A stretch of 64,000 nucleotides of DNA. Origin: Candidatus Latescibacterota bacterium (GTDB taxonomy: Bacteria > Latescibacterota > UBA2968 > GCA-2709665). A program made the position numbers and the translations under genes. Below are positions 58,607 to 64,000 of the stretch, piece by piece (position 1 is the first letter of the stretch; every line of letters begins with the position of its first letter). The notes beneath the pieces are model-generated. The model saw only the letters and a program-made list of their open reading frames with translations. It did no database searches and was not told the origin of the DNA. Where the stretch lies: positions 4,160,001 to 4,224,000 of the forward strand of contig OZ244744.1 of assembly GCA_965219455.1 (NCBI GenBank). Direction: 5' to 3'.

Positions 58607-60808
58607 TCAGGGCGCATCCCCATCGGTGGTTTCCTCCGGCACCAATTCGGGAGCTTCCAGGGGTATTTCGACAACCATCTCGGTAAATTCGCCGGGATCG
58701 GTTTCGACCCGAATGCTGCCTCCGTGCTCTCGCACAATATCGTTCGAAAGTGCAAGACCGAGCCCTGTTCCCTGGTCGGTGGGCTTGGTCGTGAAAAATG
58801 GGTTGAAAATCTTGTCGACGACGTCGGGCGGAATTCCGTTTCCATTATCCTTGATACGTACCTCGAGCCGTTCCGATCCACGTCGGGTCGTCAACCAAAG
58901 CGTAGGCATGTATGGCGCTTTATTGTTGTCCGGTTGTTCATTTCCGCGCCGTTTTTCGTCGGTCGCGTGGCAGGCATTACTAACCATGTTCAGGAACACG
59001 CGGCCCATATCCTGAGGGATCACCTCGACGTCGCCCGTGGACGGGTCCAGATCCTGTTTGATGTCGAGTTGGAAATCCGGGTCGCTCGCCCTTACGCTGT
59101 GGTAGGCAAGCCTGGCGTGTTCGTCGAGCAGGTTGTTTATATTGGTGGGCTGTCGCTGTGCCGAACCCCGTCCCATCGATAGCATGTCCTGAACGATCCG
59201 GTTGGCACGCTCGCCGTGTTCGCGGATGCGTTCGAGGTTGTCGGTGAGGTCCTGGCAGATTTCCTTGATGAGTTCCCGTTGTTCTTCGTCCAGATCTCCT
59301 GCCTCCTCGCTGAGCATCTCCTGGAGCTCCTCCCGGAGTTCTTCCAACAGTTCCACGGAGACCTCCGAGAAATTCTTGACGAAATTCAGCGGGTTCTTGA
59401 TCTCGTGTGCGACCCCGGCGGTCAGTTCGCCGAGCGCCGCCAGTTTTTCGCGCATCACAATCTGGTCCTGCGCCCGCCGGAGGTCCGCGAGCACGGATTC
59501 GAGTTGTTCGTTTTTTTCCCGCAACTCCTCGGCCAGCTTTTCGACGAGGTTCAGGCGCTGGACTTCCAGGGCATGTCGCCGGAATACCTCCAGCGCCGCC
59601 GCCATATCGGCGACCTCGTCGTTGCCGCTGATATCGACCCTGGCTTCCAGGTCGCCATCGGCCATACCTCGCATCCTGTTCGACAGGCGTTCGAGCCGGC
59701 GCAACAACACCCGACCAACAAAAAGCCACGCGATCAGCACGGCTCCGGTGATGCTGACCACGTTCAGTCCAAGCAGAACACTGCGTCCGGTCCCGATCGC
59801 CTGGGTGGATGCCCGCGTGGCCTCTTGCGTCCGCTCCCGGGCCGCACTGACGAGACCCTCGACTTCAGTGCCGAGTTTGATTTCGAGGTTCAGGTTGTCC
59901 TGGAGGAGGTTTCGCTGCCGCTCGGCGAGCGCGAACTCACGAACGATCAGTTCGAAACCACCCTGTTCACCCAGACCCAGCTCGAACAGCCGGTTCAGGT
60001 GCGGGGCGATTTGATCGCGCCATGGCGATGTACCCAGGGCCGACAAGCTCCGCTCGATACGCCCGGCAGCAGCCTCAAAACGCTCCCGCAGCGGTTCCAG
60101 CAGGAGGGCGTCCGACAGATTGAATGAACTTGACAGGAGCTGTGTCGCGATGGTGGCATCGGCCTTTAAATCGGCCAGGTGGCGGTACCGATCGAATTCA
60201 TCATTTGAAAAATGCCGCTCGCGGGGCGCGGGCGGCTGGCCTATTGTACGATAGCCTGTCATCGCGTAGAAGAGTTGATCGTCGATGGCCGGAATCAGCA
60301 TGCCAAACAATTTGCCCCGCAAATTGGACAATTCCGCACGCAGTGCTTCGCTGCGCGCGCTGACCTCGAACAACTCGGAGACCTCCCGCTCGATGGCTTC
60401 GATGTTGGACGTGAGCGCGGCGGCATAGTCGTGAATTCGTCTGTAACGCTCCTCGCCTTCTTTCCTGATGTCCCTGTGCATCAGGGCTGCCAACAGTGTT
60501 TCGAAGGCCCTGCGCTCTTCGGCGATATCTGCCTTGACGCGGACGAAGTCATCCACCGTTGACGCCGAGGTCAGACGGGGTGCAGCGGCGACCAGAGTAC
60601 CACTCTGCCGGGCGACTCCAAAGGCGGTGGCCATTTCCGGCACGCTACCCTCGTTAACACGGTTCTGGATGTCGCCCACGAGCTCGAATGAGAACCACCC
60701 GACCATACTGGCGACCATGGTTATGGCAACGGCGCCTCCGATTCCCAGATAGAGTTGCGTGGCGATGCGGAAGCGGCCCTCGAGCAGATGTTTCAGCGTA
60801 CGGATCAC
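58607..60808 (-). CDS. Membrane sensor histidine kinase (TorS-like helical periplasmic domain, HAMP, HisKA, HATPase)
   Basis: Two TMs flanking a long helical domain; HAMP 'GDL...V..SGNDEVADMA'; 'AHEIKNPLNF'; 'DNGNGIP', 'FFTTK', 'GTGLGL'. Confidence 0.9.
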   Translation of the reverse strand: MIRTLKHLLEGRFRIATQLYLGIGGAVAITMVASMVGWFSFELVGDIQNRVNEGSVPEMATAFGVARQSGTLVAAAPRLTSASTVDDFVRVKADIAEERRAFETLLAALMHRDIRKEGEERYRRIHDYAAALTSNIEAIEREVSELFEVSARSEALRAELSNLRGKLFGMLIPAIDDQLFYAMTGYRTIGQPPAPRERHFSNDEFDRYRHLADLKADATIATQLLSSSFNLSDALLLEPLRERFEAAAGRIERSLSALGTSPWRDQIAPHLNRLFELGLGEQGGFELIVREFALAERQRNLLQDNLNLEIKLGTEVEGLVSAARERTQEATRASTQAIGTGRSVLLGLNVVSITGAVLIAWLFVGRVLLRRLERLSNRMRGMADGDLEARVDISGNDEVADMAAALEVFRRHALEVQRLNLVEKLAEELREKNEQLESVLADLRRAQDQIVMREKLAALGELTAGVAHEIKNPLNFVKNFSEVSVELLEELREELQEMLSEEAGDLDEEQRELIKEICQDLTDNLERIREHGERANRIVQDMLSMGRGSAQRQPTNINNLLDEHARLAYHSVRASDPDFQLDIKQDLDPSTGDVEVIPQDMGRVFLNMVSNACHATDEKRRGNEQPDNNKAPYMPTLWLTTRRGSERLEVRIKDNGNGIPPDVVDKIFNPFFTTKPTDQGTGLGLALSNDIVREHGGSIRVETDPGEFTEMVVEIPLEAPELVPEETTDGDAP

Positions 60809-61986
60809 GGCACCGTGTCCTGGAGCGTCTCGATCGGATAGTAGCGGCCGTCACGACCGATCATGGTCAAGAAAACGGCATCCGACCCCTGATTGTCCTG
60901 GCTGCCATATAGCAGTTCAAATCCGTCTATATCGACGATTCTGGTACTGCGGAGGCTGTTGAGAAAGGAAGCCCGGCTGACCTCCGCACCACAGCGTTCG
61001 AGGGTGGCGATGGCGAGGCGGCCGGCCAGGTACCCTTCGAAGGAAACGAACCCGGGAACAGCATCGGAATCGAAGGCCGACAGAGCCCGGCGGTAGGCAG
61101 ACGCAACGGGGAAGTCGTCGTCGGTTGGAAACGGTACGACCTGAGTGACATAGACGCCGGCTCCGGCGCCACCCAACTGCCTGGCGAGTGCGTTGCTGCC
61201 CACGAAAGAGATGGTAATGAAAACGGGGTCCATACCGATGTTTCGGGTCCATGCGATAAAGGTCGCAACCGGTTCATACGCGCCAACCAGGATCACCGCC
61301 TCGGGGTTTGCCATGCGAAGGTCGAGCAGTGCCGTTTTCACCGCCGTTGTGTTGCGCGGATACAACCCCACTGCAACGGCCTCCATGTTACGCCGTTCGA
61401 GTGCGCGTCGCGCGCCGTGGTACCCGGCCCGGCCGAAGGAATCGTCCTGGTACAAGACGGCGATGCGCTTTATACCGAGGTCGCCGGTCAGCCGCGCGAC
61501 CATCTCCTCCGTCTCCTGGTTGTACGAGGCTCTCAGGTTAATCACATTTTTCCACTTTGGGTCCCGAAGGAACGCCGCACCGGTGAAGGGGGCGATATAG
61601 GGGATATTGGCCTCGGCGGCGATCGGGGTGGCTGAACGCGACGTCGGTGTTCCCACGGCGCCGATAAGCGCGAACACCTCTTCCTCTTTGATGAGGGTGA
61701 GGGTGTTCGCGATCGCCGCTTCCGGCTCGTACGCGTCATCACGAGACACGAGTTCCAACCGACGTCCGTGGACGCCGCCGCGCCGGTTGATCTCGTGGAA
61801 CGCGGATTCGATCCCGCGTTTCATGTCCGTGCCGAGTTGCGCAGCCGGGCCGCTGAAGGCGGCGGATTGACCGAAGAGAATGCGCTGGTCGGAGACGCCC
61901 GTTTCCACCTCGCGGCCGTGTGCGGCTGTAAAAAGCGCCGTCCACACGGCGAAAAGCAGCACGGCCTGATGAAGCGTCCACCTCAT
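60805..61986 (-). CDS. Periplasmic binding protein, LIV/amide (type I) family
   Basis: Signal peptide; 'GQSAAFSGPAA.LG', 'IN..GGVHGRRLEL...DDAYEP', 'VGTPT', 'LRASY..E', 'YQDDSFG'. No permease or ATPase genes nearby. Confidence 0.9.
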   Translation of the reverse strand: MRWTLHQAVLLFAVWTALFTAAHGREVETGVSDQRILFGQSAAFSGPAAQLGTDMKRGIESAFHEINRRGGVHGRRLELVSRDDAYEPEAAIANTLTLIKEEEVFALIGAVGTPTSRSATPIAAEANIPYIAPFTGAAFLRDPKWKNVINLRASYNQETEEMVARLTGDLGIKRIAVLYQDDSFGRAGYHGARRALERRNMEAVAVGLYPRNTTAVKTALLDLRMANPEAVILVGAYEPVATFIAWTRNIGMDPVFITISFVGSNALARQLGGAGAGVYVTQVVPFPTDDDFPVASAYRRALSAFDSDAVPGFVSFEGYLAGRLAIATLERCGAEVSRASFLNSLRSTRIVDIDGFELLYGSQDNQGSDAVFLTMIGRDGRYYPIETLQDTVP

Positions 61987-62402
61987 TCCGACCTCCGTTT
62001 GACCAGCGTCAGGTGATTCCGTTCTTTCTCCCGCTTATAGTGCATTTCGTCCATCATTGTAAGTACCAGGTGAATGCCGAGTCCCCCGATAGGTCGATCC
62101 TCGATCCCCGCTTCCAGATCCGGTTTTGGGGCGTCAGTTAAGGGGTTGAAGGGCCGGCCGTCGTCCGCGATCTCGATTGTGATCGCGTCGTCGTCTGAGG
62201 TAAACGTGATTTCAATTACGCCAGGACCGCCGTCGAGACCATGTCTGACGATGTTATTTCCGATTTCCTCTATGGCAAGGTCAACCTGGTGTACCACCGC
62301 GGGCGACCAATTTTCCTGCAGCCCAATGTCTTCGGCGGCGGCGGCGACCTGTCGCAGTTCGTCGAGGTTGGCCTCGATCCGAAAGGATTGCTTCATGCTC
62401 AC
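61983..62402 (-). CDS. RsbW-like anti-sigma factor / Ser kinase (HATPase_c_2)
   Basis: 'LAIEEIGNNIVRHG', 'IADDGRPFNPL', 'RPIGGLGIHLV..MMD'. Confidence 0.9.
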   Translation of the reverse strand: MSMKQSFRIEANLDELRQVAAAAEDIGLQENWSPAVVHQVDLAIEEIGNNIVRHGLDGGPGVIEITFTSDDDAITIEIADDGRPFNPLTDAPKPDLEAGIEDRPIGGLGIHLVLTMMDEMHYKREKERNHLTLVKRRSE

Positions 62403-63568
62403 GTGTCCGTCCCCCTGTAGCGAAACGTAACGCAGGTTATATCGTCGAACTGAGGGGTGTCTCCCACAAAACCCGTCACGGCACTGAAGATCGCTCCGTT
62501 GGCGCCGCCGGCGTCCTGCGGGGGCGCATCCACAAAGACGTTTCGAAGGCGTTCGACCCCGAATTCTTCCTCCACGTCGTTGATGGCTTCGGTGACGCCA
62601 TCTGTATAAAGAACAACCGTATCGCCGGGTGCGAGCGTCACCGAATTGTATACGTATTCGATGTCCGGCAACATTGCAAGGGCGATGCCGCCCGTGAGGG
62701 GGAGCATGGTCGCCTGTCCGTCCGCGTTGACGATAAGCGGCGAATTGTGCCCGCCGTTGGCGTAAACGAACTGTCGATTCACGGGATCGAATACAGCATA
62801 AAACACGGTGACGAACATCGCGGCTTCGTTATTCTCGCAGAGTGAGTTGTTCACTTCGAAAAGGACCTCTCCGGGATTGGCGGTCCCGATTGCAGCACCT
62901 CGAAGTACCGTCCTGCTCGACATCATGAAGAGCGCCGCGGGCACCCCCTTGTCCGAGACATCGGCGATTGCGATGCCGATGCGACCGCCGTCGAGTCGGA
63001 TGATATCGAAGAAATCACCGCCGACGTTGCGAGCGGGTTCCATGCTCCCATATATCTGGTAATCGCGATTCTCGGGAAACCGTGTGGGTAGAATCGACTG
63101 CTGCATTTTACTGGCAACGTCTAGTTCGTTCTGTAACGCTATCAGCTTGTCGCGGGATTCGAGCGCCTCCCGCCACTCGATCAGATGACGCATCGTTCGA
63201 TCGATGGTCACCTGCAGGTCCGAGAAGTCTATGGGCTTGGTGACGAAGTCGAACGCGCCGCGGTTCATTGCGATCCGGATATTTTTCATATCCCCGTACG
63301 CCGAAATTATTACGGAACGGATATTCGGATCCACCTTGGGGATTTGCTCGAGCAACGTAAGGCCGTCCATCTGGGGCATGTTGATGTCGGAGAGCACCAT
63401 ATCGATGCTATCGTCTTCATTCAACCGCTCGAGCGCTTCTATGCCGTTACGGGCAAAAACGAACGTGTAGCGGCCCCTGCGAATGGCGCGTCGCATACGC
63501 TGCAACATGAGCGGTTCGACGTCGGGCTCGTCGTCCACGACCAGGATCTTATATGGGAACGCTGACAT
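62399..63568 (-). CDS. Receiver-domain PP2C (SpoIIE/RsbU-type) phosphatase
   Basis: REC 'ILVVDDE', 'SDINMPQMDG', 'FVTKP'; PP2C 'VGGDFFD', 'IADVSDKG', 'YTDGVTEA', 'DDIT'. Confidence 0.93.
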   Translation of the reverse strand: MSAFPYKILVVDDEPDVEPLMLQRMRRAIRRGRYTFVFARNGIEALERLNEDDSIDMVLSDINMPQMDGLTLLEQIPKVDPNIRSVIISAYGDMKNIRIAMNRGAFDFVTKPIDFSDLQVTIDRTMRHLIEWREALESRDKLIALQNELDVASKMQQSILPTRFPENRDYQIYGSMEPARNVGGDFFDIIRLDGGRIGIAIADVSDKGVPAALFMMSSRTVLRGAAIGTANPGEVLFEVNNSLCENNEAAMFVTVFYAVFDPVNRQFVYANGGHNSPLIVNADGQATMLPLTGGIALAMLPDIEYVYNSVTLAPGDTVVLYTDGVTEAINDVEEEFGVERLRNVFVDAPPQDAGGANGAIFSAVTGFVGDTPQFDDITCVTFRYRGTDT

Positions 63569-63900
63569 ATCGGAATACCCCGCGATAGAATGGTCTTCCT
63601 GAATATTGAAACCTGCCGGTACGGGTCAATGGATCGAATGCGATCCTTGTAACGTTATCGGACCATGGAATTCCGGCGGAATGATCCGCTCCGTTTGGCA
63701 CTTGCCTGAGAGCGTGGACGACAATCCGATTGGAATCCCGGCGCGCCTTGAAAGCAGGAACGGACTGTGTTCTGACAAATCCGGTCCGGCATTCGACTGC
63801 CGGCCAGAGGTCGAAACCGATTTCATTGGTGACCGGAATTCCCGAATGCATTGCGGTCGATTCCGACTGCGGTCGCCGTTTCGGATATTCCAAAGTGGGA

Positions 63901-64000
63901 TCACTGCGTAGTCTCGTCGTCCAACTGCTTCAACTCGTCGGCGATTTCATCCATCAGGATTACGAGGTCGACAACATCATGGCTGGTTATAGTACCCAGG
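63901..64000 (-). CDS. C-terminal fragment of a protein, possibly CBS-domain (truncated by window edge)
   Basis: Open minus frame LGTITSHDVVDLVILMDEIADELKQLDDETTQ*; 'LGTITSHDV' resembles the end of a CBS domain. Confidence 0.4.
   Translation of the reverse strand, partial: LGTITSHDVVDLVILMDEIADELKQLDDETTQ

Noticed and set aside
63569-63900. Short ORFs and GGAATTCC-like repeats upstream of the REC-PP2C gene
   Set aside because: No protein motif, no regular repeat spacing and no consistent structure.

Overview
GC-rich bacterial window of about 45 genes. The gene content (DUF6785-type membrane protein, GWxTD/TPR protein, NHL and HEAT repeat lipoproteins, several sulfatases, heparinase II/III-like lyases and PhyH-family dioxygenases) suggests a Latescibacterota/Poribacteria-like marine or host-associated heterotroph; this is inference only. 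Layout: (1) 1-29.6 kb, catabolic and cell-surface genes plus a 160-bp IS5-type MITE; (2) about 29.6-39.5 kb, a lower-GC accessory block with a decayed BrnT/BrnA toxin-antitoxin pair, an intact SmaI-like restriction-modification pair, HEAT and TlpA genes, and a BlaI plus BlaR1(M56)-4xTonB module with a perfect 24-bp palindromic operator and a likely internal translation start; (3) 43-50 kb, a minus-strand cluster of aminotransferase, 3-hydroxyacyl-CoA dehydrogenase, three PhyH-fold enzymes, O-methyltransferase and RraA-type aldolase; (4) thiC under a TPP riboswitch; (5) a circularly permuted ATP-grasp / ammonium transporter / alpha-E / transglutaminase operon, preceded by a coupled REC-PP2C, RsbW-like kinase, periplasmic binding protein and TorS-like histidine kinase operon. 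Top leads: four of the five PhyH enzymes have HxG/HxA instead of HxD at the iron site (the signature of radical halogenases); an Amt is embedded in the putative peptide-ligase operon; and the BlaR1-TonB gene may make two proteins. All family assignments come from recalled motifs; no database search was run.
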